Part shown: positions 12,077 through 23,396 of the stretch, piece by piece | How the letters are laid out: the number at the start of each line of letters is the position of its first letter | How positions within the stretch are numbered: position 1 is the first letter of the stretch | Source: Mustelus asterias | Lineage: Eukaryota | Assembly (NCBI RefSeq): GCF_964213995.1 | Contig: NC_135810.1 | Span: forward strand, 86,056,001 to 86,120,000 | Length of the DNA: 64,000 nt | Direction of reading: 5' to 3' | Program-made: the position numbers and the translations under genes | The notes under the pieces: generated by a model | The model's database searches: none | What the model was told of the DNA's origin: nothing | What the model saw: only the letters and a program-made list of their open reading frames with translations

Positions 12077-12207
12077 CAGTAAATATTTTAACAACAATTG
12101 GATAAAAGGAATAATTGTTGCTCCCTTGGTGTGCTAAGAAAATGCTTGTATTGGTCAGGCGTGTTCTGACACACAGTAAATTAAAACACAGATTTCACAA
12201 GCCAAAC

Positions 12208-12213
12208 TTTATT
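12208..12213 (-). terminator. Probable MICU2 polyadenylation signal (AATAAA), giving a ~1 kb 3' UTR
   Basis: TTTATT on plus, followed on minus by GU/U-rich TGTGAAATCTGTGTTTTAATTTACTGTGTGT. Other AATAAA copies lie at 12838-12843 and 13043-13048. Confidence 0.6.
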
Positions 12214-13236
12214 AATGCGAGAGAAACAGTCCAGATTTAATACAGATACAGCTCCAGAATTTGATGAAATTATCGTATTCCTTAAATATTCCGAACATCT
12301 AAAAAGTAGTTAGGGTTGAAGATGCACAAGCCGGATAAATTACCTCCAACGTTATAATGTATTGTAGAATTTTACACCTCAGACGAATTGATCATTTTAA
12401 AAAAGTAATATTTTTGTCTTAGATTTTTAAAGTATATTTGTACACAATAAATTGAAATAACATTCAAAGAAGTCCCTGAATATTTTGTTGCATTGCATTG
12501 AAGCAGTGCAGATTAAATATTTTCTGGGAGAAAGGTTTGTTTGTGTAATGCCACTTCTGGTGGTCCTAGAACTTAGACCTATGTCGATTCCTGGGGACAA
12601 GCAACATTATGGGCCACTCTCGAGCATCCTTCTTTGAATGATATCAATGAAGAACATTGTCCAGGTAGAGGCATGTGGTCTTGCTTACCCCGAGGAACAG
12701 AAGTAAGTCTGTGCACTGGAAGCAGCGCTATGCAAACACATTTCTCACTTTGCCTTACTTATGAGCATTTCTGAATAATTGTAACCAAAAAACACAACAT
12801 GTAATTGATTAAAAGGATCGAATTTTAATAACATTATTTTATTCAGTGCATTGCCTTCAGAAAAAGTGCTGGATAAAACTCTTTGGTGGAACAAAAAGGC
12901 AAGATACCATTTTCAGAATTATGTCACAGATAAGTGATATGACAGTATGTTGTGAAGTGTCCAAATCATTGCATTACAGTATAAGCATGTAAATAAATGA
13001 GAAAAGACTTGTCAACATTCATTTTCATGAAGGCAATGTTGCTTTATTTTTGTCGAAATACACTTTGTATATGTAAAGAGGACATATTTATGACATTTCG
13101 TTAAATTCTGGACACTTTCTAACCCTAGATATTTTGCAGTTTAAAAAAAAATCCACTGTGACAAAATTTCCCCAACGAGCTATCTCTTGTAAAGCATTGG
13201 ATGATTTTATGTACGAAGACCTTGTGCTCAGTAGTA

Positions 13237-13341
13237 TTAACAAGGGCTGCTTCCGGTCTGCTTCCAGGCTTCATGAACTCCAACAATAGTCTCCTTCTTC
13301 ACACATTTAAAAAAGCCATTGAAACCATGTTGTGTTGGTGC
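13237..13341 (-). CDS. MICU2: MICU2 terminal coding exon (C-terminal helix and stop), 105 bp
   Basis: tttcaacag|GCA CCA...TGT TAA; encodes APTQHGFNGFFKCVKKETIVGVHEAWKQTGSSPC*, similar to human VPQHQSIQEYWKCVKKESIKGVKEVWKQAGKGLF. The KCVKKE cysteine used for the MICU1 disulfide is conserved. Confidence 0.95.
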   Translation of the reverse strand, partial: APTQHGFNGFFKCVKKETIVGVHEAWKQTGSSPC

Positions 13342-13387
13342 CTGTTGAAACCAAAGTATTGAGTCTCTGTTACTGTGAATAGACATA

Positions 13388-14640
13388 GGGGCCGATTTTA
13401 CCAAATCGGCTCTCAGTGTCGGGTGCGATCGTAAATCAGATCCGCGCCCAGCAGCCGCGCTCCAGCACCCCCATACGCCTTTTTTCGGCGCGGGTCCAGT
13501 GGACGGGGCCTAGCGCATTTGCATCTGTCAGAGCACTGAACTGCGCATGCTCAGTTCGGAGCCGACAGCACAGCGCGCACAGGTGCGAAAGTCAAAGGCA
13601 GCGCTGACAGCACTGCTGTCTGCGCTGCCTTTGACTTTCCCTGGTGTGGGGGGGGGGGGGGGGGGGGGAGAATGTGACGGCTCTTCCCTGAGTGGGGGGG
13701 GGGGGGGAATCTGACGTCTCTTCCCTGAGGGGGGGGGGGTGGGTGGGATGTGACGTCTCTTCCCTGAGGGGGGGGGATGTGACGGCTCTTCCCTGGGGGG
13801 GGGGGATGTGACGGCTCTTCCCTGGGGGGGTGGGGGGTGGGATGTGACGGCTCTTCCCTGGGGGGAGGGGGATGTGACGTCTCTTCCCTGAGGGAGGGGT
13901 AGTGGGGGGGAAGTGATGTCTCTTCCCTGGGGGGGAGGGGGGGGGGGTGGGGGGGGATGTGACGTCTCTTCCCTGAGGTGGGGGGGGGGGAATGTGACGT
14001 CTCCGCTCCCCCCCCCAGGGGCAGAGACGTCACATCTCCCCCTACCCCCCCCCCCCCCTCAGGGAAGAGGCATCACATCCCCCCCCCCACCCCTCAGGGA
14101 AGAGATGTCACATCCCCCCTAACCCCCCCCCCCCCCCTCAGGGACGAGATGTCACATCCCCCCTACCCGCCCCCCCCTCAGGGAAGAGATGTTACATTCC
14201 CCCGCCCGCCCCCCCGCAGTGAAGAGACGTCATCCTACACAAGGCCAGGATCCAGGATCGCAAGATGCTTTCGACGGACACCAGCGATCAAGGTAGGTCG
14301 GGGGCCCAGGGGGGTCTGTTCCCAGGGGGGGGGGGCGTTGCTGGAGGGGCCTGCGTCCCAGGGTGGTCCGATCCGGGGCGGGGGGGGGCTGCCGGGGTGG
14401 TTCGTGGGGGCGGTCCGCGAAGGGTGGTCGGGGGTGATTCGGGCGGTTCGGACTTGAATTCAGCAACACTGTAAATGCGCGGGCGCTGATCGGATCAGAG
14501 CCTCGTAAAGTGGGAATCCTTGGGTAAGTTGGGCGCGGGCTTCATTATGCCGATTTAAATGCATGCAAATGCATTTAAATCGGCCCGCTGGCCGATTCGG
14601 GCGCCGCCGGATTGACGCCCGGATCTTTTCCATTCCTTAA
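13388..14640. mobile_element. GC-rich non-autonomous DNA element (Harbinger-like GGG terminus) carrying an inverted minisatellite
   Basis: Left end GGGGCCGATTTTACCAAA resembles the reverse complement of the right end of 42678-43721; CpG-rich; right terminus not found. Confidence 0.5.
13670..14233. repeat. Head-to-head minisatellite: ATGTGACG(T/G)CTCTTCCCTG separated by G-runs, then inverted copies separated by C-runs
   Basis: About 10 forward units (13672-14003) and 6 inverted units (14016-14233). Confidence 0.92.
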
Positions 14641-14663
14641 CTATTTTGCACACTGTTGGAAGT

Positions 14664-14990
14664 GGGCGGCACGGTGGCACAGTGATTAGCACTGCTGCCT
14701 CACAGCGCCAGGGACCCGGGTTCAATTCCCGGCTTGGGTCACTGTCAGTGTGGAGTTGCACATTCTCCCCGTATCTGCGTGGGTTTCCTCTGGGTGCTCC
14801 GGTTTCCTCCCACAATCCAAAGATGTGTGCGGGTTAGGTGGATTGGCCGTGCTAAATTGCCCCTTAGTGTCAGGGGGACTAGCTAGGGTAAATACATGGG
14901 GTTATGGGGATAGTGCCTGGGTGGGATTGTGGTTGGTGTGGACTCGATGGGCCGAATGGCCTCCTTCTGCACCGCAGGGATTCTGTGATT
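14664..14990 (+). mobile_element. HE1-like SINE with CR1-type tail
   Basis: tRNA-like head with A box TGGCACAGTGA and B box GGTTCAATTCC; tail GGGCCGAATGGCCTCCTTCTGCAC...GATTCT. Confidence 0.9.
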
Positions 14991-15023
14991 GCTGAAATGC
15001 CCAAATTATCTGATCTGAGACGA

Positions 15024-15775
15024 GGGGAGCAATTCTCCAAAAATATGGGTAAGTGCCACCTCTGGTGGGAAACGCGGTGCGATTCCCGCTGGGTCGATCG
15101 GCGCAATCCTGATTGCAATCCTCCCCCACTTAGTCATTTTATTGGAGGGGTAGTGATTTACGCTGTGAATGAGAGAGGTGGAGCTTAAAGACACTAGCAT
15201 GGCTTCATCCTCAAAGATTGTGGCACCCTGTTTCAAAAGGAGGTTAAAGACTGCCGCCTCATCCATGTCTGGCATCAGACCCTCAACCCCCAAATGCCAA
15301 TATCAGCAGCCCTCCCCCCAATGTGAGCGAGACCTCACTATGATGTCACCAAAGACCCGGCCCCACTTCAGGCCCATCCCTTCAGGTCAGGTTGGCACTG
15401 CAAGGGGGCAGTGCCAGGGCATTGCCCAGCAACGTCCCTGACCACCTGGGGGTACAACTGCCTCCGAGTTCCCGACGTGGGTCATCATGTCTGGTCTCAG
15501 TTTGTGGAGACCAGCAGTAATTCCCACCAGCGCAATTCCACGAGCCGGGTGAATCTGGCTTAAAACAGATTCTGCAGATTTAAGTCGAGTTTTAAATATG
15601 TTAATCTGGTTCACTCCCTCACTGGCCATGAACCAGATTATGTTGTTAGCCGGGGGTGGTGAGAATCTCAAATGAGTCCTCCCCAGCGTAAGTCACATTA
15701 TTGCCCCTCTCACGAGAGTCTCCGGCCATTATGGAGGACTTGCGCCTGCGCAAGTGGGGCTGGAGAATCATCCCC
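15024..15775. mobile_element. Non-autonomous TIR element (Harbinger-like)
   Basis: Ends GGGGAGCAATTCTCCA / TGGAGAATCATCCCC; interior related in reverse to 42678-43721. Confidence 0.6.
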
Positions 15776-15969
15776 TCGGGATCAGCCTCGTGGCATTTCT
15801 TTGCACTCTTTCCAGTGCTTGAATATCTCCCTCATGTCCTGGTGACCAAAACTGGATATAAATGCAAAGTGCTGCATAGCCAAACTAATTTAAATGTTGA
15901 ATCAAGATTTCCTCTGACTTGCATTCCACTGTTTTGCTTATGTATTTAACATTCTATTGGTTGCGTAAC

Positions 15970-16225
15970 TAGGGGCCATGAATATAAGATAGTCAATAAT
16001 AAATTAAGTAATTAATTCAGGAGTAACTTCATTACCCTAGAGAGTGATTAGAATGTGGAACCGAACACAAAACGGTTAAAGTGAAAAGTATTGATGCATT
16101 TAAATTACATAAATGCAGGAGAAAGGAATATGTTGATAGAGTTAGATGAACTAGGTTCATATTGAATATAAACATCAGCATTGGTCTTTTGGGTTGAATG
16201 GCCTTTTTCTGTTCTCTATATTTGA
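15970..16225 (+). mobile_element. Old CR1 3' fragment
   Basis: ACTAGGGGCCAT...AGAATGTGGAAC...GGTTGAATGGCCT...TCTGT terminal motif. Confidence 0.6.
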
Positions 16226-16322
16226 TATAATTCAGTATTTAGTGTCAGCTTTGGCTCAGTTAGTAGCATACTAAGTTAATATGCCTTGGAGTCATAAGGT
16301 TCAAGTCCCATTAGTGCTCAGA

Positions 16323-16664
16323 CATAAGAACATAAGAACTAGGAGCAGGAGTAGGCCATCTGGCCCCTCGAGCCTGCTCTGCCATTCAATAAGATCATGG
16401 CTGATCTTTTCGTGGACTCAGCTCCACTTACCCGCCCACTCATCATAACCCTTAATTCCTTTACTGTTCAAAAAGTTATCTATCCTTGCCTTAAAAACAT
16501 TCAATGAGGTAGCCTCGACTGCTTCACTGGGCAGAGAATTCCACAGATTCACAACCCTTTGGGTGAAGAAATTCCTCCTTAACTGAGTCCTAAATCTGCT
16601 CCCCCTTATTTTGAGGCCATGCCCCCTAGTTCTAGTTTCACCTGCCAGTGGAAATGACCTCTCT
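16323..16664 (-). mobile_element. CR1 3' end
   Basis: Minus strand encodes TRTRGHGLKIRG..RRNFFTQRVVNLWNSLP, with a (TTCTTATG)n tail. Confidence 0.9.
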
Positions 16665-16746
16665 TTTTGACACGCTACACTTGGTCCCCAACTCCAAATC
16701 ATCTATGTAAACCATTGCTTTGGAAAATGCAGCAACCTTATTTTAC

Positions 16747-16904
16747 CTTCAAGCCACGATGGAGCCTGGTCATGATCACTCCAAGGAACTCTTGTTTGCT
16801 TAGACAGCCATCTCCATCCAAATCAAAAATGTTGAAGACTGTACCAAGAACATTATCTGATAGTTCTTGCCCTGTTGCAACTTTCACAGCTCTCTTGAAG
16901 TGTC
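16747..16904 (-). CDS. MICU2: MICU2 coding exon (equivalent to human exon 11, canonical EF-hand 4), 158 bp
   Basis: acaaag|GA CAC...TTG AAG|gtaaaa; encodes HFKRAVKVATGQELSDNVLGTVFNIFDLDGDGCLSKQEFLGVIMTRLHRGLK with Ca2+-binding loop DLDGDGCLSKQE. Confidence 0.97.
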
Positions 16905-17497
16905 CTTTGTTTAACATGAAAAACATGCACAAAATTAACACCAAGTTGGTCCAATATCATTGGAAGCATCAGGACATAGACAATATTTTTCCCCACACAA
17001 GTAACATGCTGTTTGAAAGGCTACCATAGATTTATGCAGCATTCATTTTTTCATCCACTTAGAGTATGCTAAATGGATATACAGGATAAAATTGAACGTA
17101 TTTCATATTTTAATTGCCTTAAATCATCTGCTCTTGTTGTGATGCAGATGTTTGTAGCCCAACCAATACAAGTTGGGGCCCATCAAGTTTCAATTCTGAA
17201 TGATGCCATTGCTCCATGGATGCAATATCATCATTAAAGACCTGTTTTATAGATGCATTGCTATTTACTATTTGGTATTTCTCTTAAAACTATATTTATT
17301 TGCAATGGGAATGAGTGTGTGGTATTACTATGTTGGTTTTGCTTTCATGGGCTTCACTGGTAGAATATGCATTGTTCTGGGAATTCCTTGTACCTGCAGG
17401 AGGTTAGAAGGTGAAGAGAGGCTGAAAATAAATTAGAGGGACTTTGCATCCACCTGAGATGTGTTGCATGGATCTAAATTGCAGTCCATAGAATCAG

Positions 17498-17769
17498 CTA
17501 GGTGGCACAGTGGTTAGCACTGCTGCCTCACTGTGCCAGGGTCTCCCTGTGTCTGCTTGGGTTTCCTCCAGGTGCTCCGGTTTCCTCCCATACTCCAAAG
17601 ATGTGTAGGTTAAGTTGATTGGCCATGCTAAATTACACCTTTGTGTCAGGGAATTAGCAGGGTAAATACGTGGGATTACCGGAATAGAGATTGGGTGGGA
17701 TTGATGTCGGTGCAGGCTTGATGGGCCAAATGGCCTTCTTCTGCACTGTAGGGATTCTATGATTCTATG
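17498..17769 (+). mobile_element. HE1-like SINE with internal deletion, CR1-type tail
   Basis: GGTGGCACAGTGGTTAGCACTGCTGCCTCAC head and GATTCTATGATTCTATGA tail. Confidence 0.85.
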
Positions 17770-18361
17770 ACACTTAGGCACATTTTTTGTGACATGTGCA
17801 TGCTTCCTATGCGTCACAAAGGATGCTTTTCTACAGGCCAGATTAGGTCTATATGCTTTGCAGTTGAAAAATAGGCTTCGGTGCATAAAAAATTCAATTA
17901 GCCCATCTGGATGCATAACCTGGGTGTTACTAAGTGACTACACAATGTACAGCTAGACTGATTCTCAAAGTCATGAAAGTCGTGCCTGAAAGTTCAATAC
18001 ATGATGTTGTGATCCTAATGAATACAAGGGCACATTATTCAAGTTAATGTAACACCAAAAAGGTTAACTTTCTCTTTTCGGACAACATACAAATGGATCT
18101 TTTCGAAGCAGAGTATTACTCAATAGGTAGTATTGTGTCCACTTGTTTTCTCACTTTCCCTCATCGCTTCTAAGCTTTCTGATGCTTCATCCATTGTCTT
18201 GTCTGGAGTTGAGCCTGAGTAGTGAACACTAGAAGACTCTTTGACTAATGGGACAAAAGTCACCCACATCTCAGCTCACCAAGGATCCACACACCTGAAC
18301 TTCCAGCCAGCTATAAAAACTGTTGTGGTAGAATCGCCTGCTCACTATTTATTGTCTAGGG

Positions 18362-18465
18362 CCACACATGGGCAGAATGTGCAGACTCCGCACAGTGACC
18401 CGAGGCCGGAATTGTCCCTAGCGTGGTGGGGCAGCAGTGCTGACCACTGGGCCACCGTGCTGCCC
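18362..18465 (-). mobile_element. HE1-like SINE head fragment
   Basis: Reverse complement of GGCAGCACGGTGGCCCAGTGGTCAGCACTGCTGCC. Confidence 0.65.
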
Positions 18466-18711
18466 AAGAGCAATGATTTACTGGACAAGGTACTAGAGGA
18501 TGTACACTTGCACATTCAGGACAGCAGGATGAAGACATTGGAATGATTAGAGTGGGTAAAATCAGCACAGTGATCATAATGCAAATTTGGATCTTGAGAT
18601 GATCTGACTAGCACATTCTCTCATTTTTGATACTGTTGGAATGAAAAATACCTTCTCAATCAAAATACCTTTCCGGTTTCAGAATAATATGTAATGTTGC
18701 ACCATACATAC

Positions 18712-18820
18712 CTATTCCAACAGGACGATTGGCTGCAGTGAACATATTCATGGTGAAAGCAAAATCCTCAAGACGATTCATAAAATGACAAAAAGCCCTG
18801 AATTCTTCAAAGGAAATGCT
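18712..18820 (-). CDS. MICU2: MICU2 coding exon (equivalent to human exon 10, EF-hand 3 region), 109 bp
   Basis: ttccag|AGC ATT...GGA ATA G|gtatgt; encodes SISFEEFRAFCHFMNRLEDFAFTMNMFTAANRPVGI, similar to human SISLDEFKSFCHFTTHLEDFAIAMQMFSLAHRPV. Phases 0/1 fit both neighbours. Confidence 0.96.
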
Positions 18821-18869
18821 CTGGAACATGATGGAAAACTAGTTAATATTGAAGGATAGATTCCATGTC

Positions 18870-18945
18870 AGAGAGAGAGAGAGAGAGAGAGGAACAGACA
18901 GGAGAGAGAACAAAAGAGGAAGAAAGAGAGGGAGGGAAAGAGAGA
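18870..18945. repeat. (GA)n microsatellite and purine tract in MICU2 intron
   Basis: AGAGAGAG run followed by degenerate GA-rich sequence. Confidence 0.8.
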
Positions 18946-19744
18946 TTGACTGATATTATACTATGATATTGGATATTCAGAGTAACTGCTTTCTGGTCTA
19001 AGTGCGGAAAAATAACTGCCAGGAACTTCCAACACTGATTCTGGTTGGTGTTTTAGGTCAAAGGAATGTTCCATATTTTCATCATGGCAGTCCTCTGTGC
19101 TATGGGAGACAAATATTGGGTACCTGCCTGCCAGGAAAGCTATATATTGCGACACAGTGATTGGCGTGGAACTCACACCAGACATACCACTACCAAGGGT
19201 ACGTCTGATCCCATTGAAGTTCTACATCATAGGAGCTCCCACACAAAGTATATTTCTAACCCATCCCCACCCTTCTTGCACTACTGGCTATCTGTGGGGT
19301 GGGCTAAAGCTCCAGAACCACAATACAATTCAGAAATTAGAGCTCAAGGCGGGAACATTGTTTATCCAGGTCTCGGCCTAGTTTACAACTATTCTGGTAG
19401 ATGTTCGCTGACATTATAGCAGTGCATCAAAATGGGTGCAGATCCTAAGTTCCTATCGGTGTAAAAAGAATTGATATGAAATGGAAACAAACATATTTGG
19501 AACAGTAGGCCAATCAGTAGCCACCAATTAAATAATACAAGAAAACAACAGCAACTGTAAATAAACAACCCCATTTCATCTTACATCTATCTGGAGATTG
19601 TGCATTGTAGCATCTATCCAGGGATGAGTTGTAACATGTCTCAATATGTCAGCAGGAGAGAGGAGGTAAACATTAAATTAGTATTTGGTAAGAATTATAG
19701 AAAGAAAGTTAATTTTCTAGCCAACACCTTCCATGATATTAAAG

Positions 19745-20033
19745 TTAAAGTTTTACAGTTCATTTATTAGTCTCAAGCAGGCTTGCATCAACACTGCGAT
19801 GAAGTTACTGTGAAAATCCCCTAGTCGCCACACTCTGGCATCTGTTTGGGAACACTGAGGGAGGATTTTAGCATGGCCAATTCATCCAACCAGCATGTCT
19901 TTAGGAGCACCTGGAGGAAACTCATGCAGACACGGGGAGAACGTGCAAACTCCACATAGACAGTGACCCAAGCCAGGAATCGAACTCGGGTCCCTGGCGC
20001 TGTGAGGCAGCAGTGCTAACCACTGTGCCGCCC
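19745..20033 (-). mobile_element. HE1-like SINE with alternative (type B) tail
   Basis: HE1 head at ~20033; minus-strand tail GTGTGGCGACTAGGGGATTTTCACAGTAACTTCAT. Confidence 0.85.
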
Positions 20034-22165
20034 CTTACATATGATTTGGTCTAACTAACTAGCCTACCTTCTCTGTTCTGACTACATATCAATAATACTG
20101 TTATAAGACATAATCATCTACACATATGGCTATGATGATTTTCAGATTGTTTAAAACTGCACAATGGACATTAATTCCACATACATAGGTTTCAAATTCA
20201 AACACCGGATGAAGAAAACACACTGAGTGGTCAGGGAATGGTGCGGAGGATAACTAAAGAGTTAACGTAGCTCTAAAATGATAACGAGTCAGATATAGGT
20301 ATAAATCTATATCACCTATAGAACAAGAGTAAAGATTGGAAGTTGTAACAAGTTAGTAGGGCAAGGGAAAGAAACTGATATGAAGTTATTTGATTAAATA
20401 AAAAATAAATTGGGGTTACTTGATAAGTTGCAGGGATGAGAGTGACCGGAGGCAAATGGTCTGAAAATTAATGTAAGATAATAAAGTCTGAAATTTCTGT
20501 GTGAGAAGGAATCGTGTAATCACAGTACGTCTTATGATCTTTAGTCAAATGCTTTGAAGCTTCTTCAACTGGCTGAAATTATTAGATTTCAAACGGGTAG
20601 AACCATTAGTTTTCATTTTGTTTACCTTCCATTACCATCAAGACTGTAGACCAATGCTTTTTCACAGTAACTTCATTGCAGTGTGAATGTAAGCCTACTT
20701 GTGACACACTAATAATTAAACTTAAACTACCAAAGTAACCTCTGCATTTCGTGCACATCATACGGGATGAAGTCCATACCAACAACAGAACTGGATTATA
20801 TATATGCAAAGTGAAGCAAAGGACTGCGGCAGTGCTTCACAAACTATTTTCCGACGTGATCCCATTTTAACTCACCACTGGCTTCTCAAGGGCAATTACG
20901 AATGAGCAACAAAAGCTGGCCTAGCCAGTGATGCCCACATCCCAGGAACAAATATATATAAAATAAACTCTTGAAGATTAACGTGACCCCAAACAGCAGC
21001 GAAAACTAAACAGCAGTAAAGCAGTATAGTAACATTTGATGTATTATTATTAAAGTTTACATATTATAGATAAATATATAATACATAATATAAATACGAA
21101 AATCTCTATTTTTAAATTGCTTTGTAAAAATGCTCTTATTTTACGTACTCATGTAGGATTCAGCCAAACTTCATATTCCATGGTGACAGAAGGCATCCTA
21201 CTTGGTAGCCTCCTCCCTCCCCAGGCCTTGACTCTGCTCCCCCGCCAAGCTCCACAGAGCCACTCCTTCGGCTCCCACTCGGATTTGCTCCCTCCCGCCC
21301 CCAGCCCTGTTCCCTCCCAACATACCCCGGCCTTACATCCTCCCACCACCATCCCCACCCCCACTCACTCCCAGCTCTAGGCCACTCAGCCCCATTTCCT
21401 CTTGCCTGCTCCCCACAGACCCACACCTTGGCCTCACTATGACCACCCCGTTCCTTCATGCCCCTGTTCTGCTCCTTCAAGCTCCTCTCCCAGTTCCTTG
21501 CCATCTGCCCAGGCCCTCTCCCACTTCCTCCTATGCTCCCCTCCTCTCTTCCTGGCCAACCTGGCTCCCACGTGCTCAACCCCGGCCACTCTTTCCATCA
21601 CTCCTCCTACCCCCGGGAAGAACTGAACAGAACTGGAATTAGAAGAATAAATTAGGAGGAAAGGAGGAAAACAAAACAAAAGTTGAATAATTATAGTTAA
21701 AATGTATTTTTGTAGCACCTACAGTAAGTTACCGTCACTATACAATCAGGAAAGTCTCACATTTAATCCCAGGTCGCTGCTGAGTTAGTTAAGCTCAGCC
21801 ATAGTGTTTGGGCTTTCCAACTGGCCTAAACAATACTTGGTTTGGCAGATTTTATTCTCTTTCCCTGATCACCTAAATGCTCCATAATTGATCCTTGTTG
21901 GATGTCTAAGTGTGGGGGGAAGAATGGGATTGGAATTAATACCCTCTGTGATTGTTTGCTGAGTTTTCCTTTGTCAATGAGCATGAAAGTACTTGAAAAT
22001 TCATTTCAATGTGAAAACCTCGCAATTCTCCAGATTTGACTGTCTACAATCTTTAAACTCTTTTAGTGGCGATATTGGGCATCCTTTCAGTATGTTATGG
22101 AACAAGAAGGAATGCTTCCTTCCATGACAACCTAATAATATCCTAACATTTGACTAAGAGATAAT

Positions 22166-22466
22166 AGCACAGTGGCACAGTGGTTAGCACTGCTGCCTCA
22201 GAGCACCAGAGATCTGGGTTCGATTCCCGGCTTAGGTCACTGTCTGTGCGGAGTCTGCATGTTCTTCGCGTGTCTGCTTGGGTTTCCTCCAGGTGCTCCG
22301 GTTTCCTCCCACAGTCCTAAAGATGTGATGATTAGGTGCATTGGCCGTGCTAAATTCTCCCTCAGTGTACCCGAACGGGTGCCAGAGAGGGGCGACTAGG
22401 GGATTTTCACAGTAACTTAATTGCAGTTTTAACGTAAGCCTACTTGTGACACCAGTAAATAAACTT
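22166..22466 (+). mobile_element. HE1-like SINE with type B tail
   Basis: Head with GGTTCGATTCC B box; tail CTCAGTGTACCCGAAC...TTTTCACAGTAACTT...GCCTACTTGTGACA. Confidence 0.88.
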
Positions 22467-22762
22467 AATGTAAGAAGAAAAAAAAATTGACCATTATAAC
22501 ATATCTGGCACGATTATGAAACTCCTGTTGTAAATTTCTCTTATCGTGGATGGCGATGTTACAAGTTCCTATTACAAAGAAGGATATTTATATGCATTTC
22601 TTTTATAAATTGTGATGCACTGAGTATAACATTATTTCATAGAGATATGGGTAAAATCAGCTGAATGGATAATTCAGATTGATAGAAATGGTACATATAA
22701 ATATTGCCATTTAGTCAAGGATCCAGCGTGAGAGATTATCTTGACATTAAATAAATACTAAC

Positions 22763-22931
22763 CTCTCCAGGTGGAATTTGCCTCACTTTTTTCCAGTAAA
22801 GGTCACGGTTTTGCTCATCAGTGAAGTGCAGCAGCCATGCTGCAAACTCCTCTCTCCTCATGGTTTTCATACCCCGAGAGAACTCTCGAAATTCAATCTC
22901 TTGCACCTCTGTTTGGAGGTCTTCCATAAAT
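22763..22931 (-). CDS. MICU2: MICU2 coding exon (equivalent to human exon 9), 169 bp
   Basis: ttttattag|A TTT ATG...GGA GAG|gttagt; encodes FMEDLQTEVQEIEFREFSRGMKTMRREEFAAWLLHFTDEQNRDLYWKKVRQIPPGE, similar to human FMENLQTEIQEMEFLQFSKG...WLLFFT. Confidence 0.96.
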
Positions 22932-23396
22932 CTAATAAAAAAAGCAGGACACACCAGAGATCAAAGCTGTTAAGAAGTCAAAGTCCAGCCCAAGAGCCTG
23001 TTCAAAGATATTGTTACCTCAATCAAAGTCCTTTCATTCTTATCTTCAGCACGTGTTAAAAATCTGAAAATGGGGTTGAAACCTCGGCACATATGGTTTA
23101 GCTCATGTGACATTACAGCTCCAGTTCTGAGTCTACAGCTGGTGAGGTGCTTCATGTGTGGCCCCAAGGCTGCCTTTTACAAATGTGGTGTCGGACACTT
23201 GCTTGTTACACGTCTTCACTGCTGACTATCCGATGTTGCAGATTTCCCCCCTGGAAAAGCTGAAAGGTTCCAGTAACACAAAAGCTTCATGCTTTGGTGA
23301 TCTATACTACAGCAGGAAGAAGTTGGCCCCCCTTTAGATATTTCATGCAGCAGGTAGTAGAACTAAATATGGTGAAAAGAGGTCTGTTCTGATATC

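Noticed and set aside
13670-14233. CRISPR-like array of ~20-bp repeats with variable spacers
   Set aside because: Spacers are homopolymeric G or C runs, the array inverts midway, no cas genes are present and the context is a vertebrate intron.
13551-14469. Proline- or glycine-rich ORFs
   Set aside because: Translation artefacts of the G/C minisatellite.
14664-14735. tRNA genes at SINE heads
   Set aside because: Each head continues into SINE body and tail; no complete cloverleaf with Pol III terminator is seen.
19066-19419. Overlapping ORFs with coding-like composition
   Set aside because: No motif I can assign in any frame; left unannotated.
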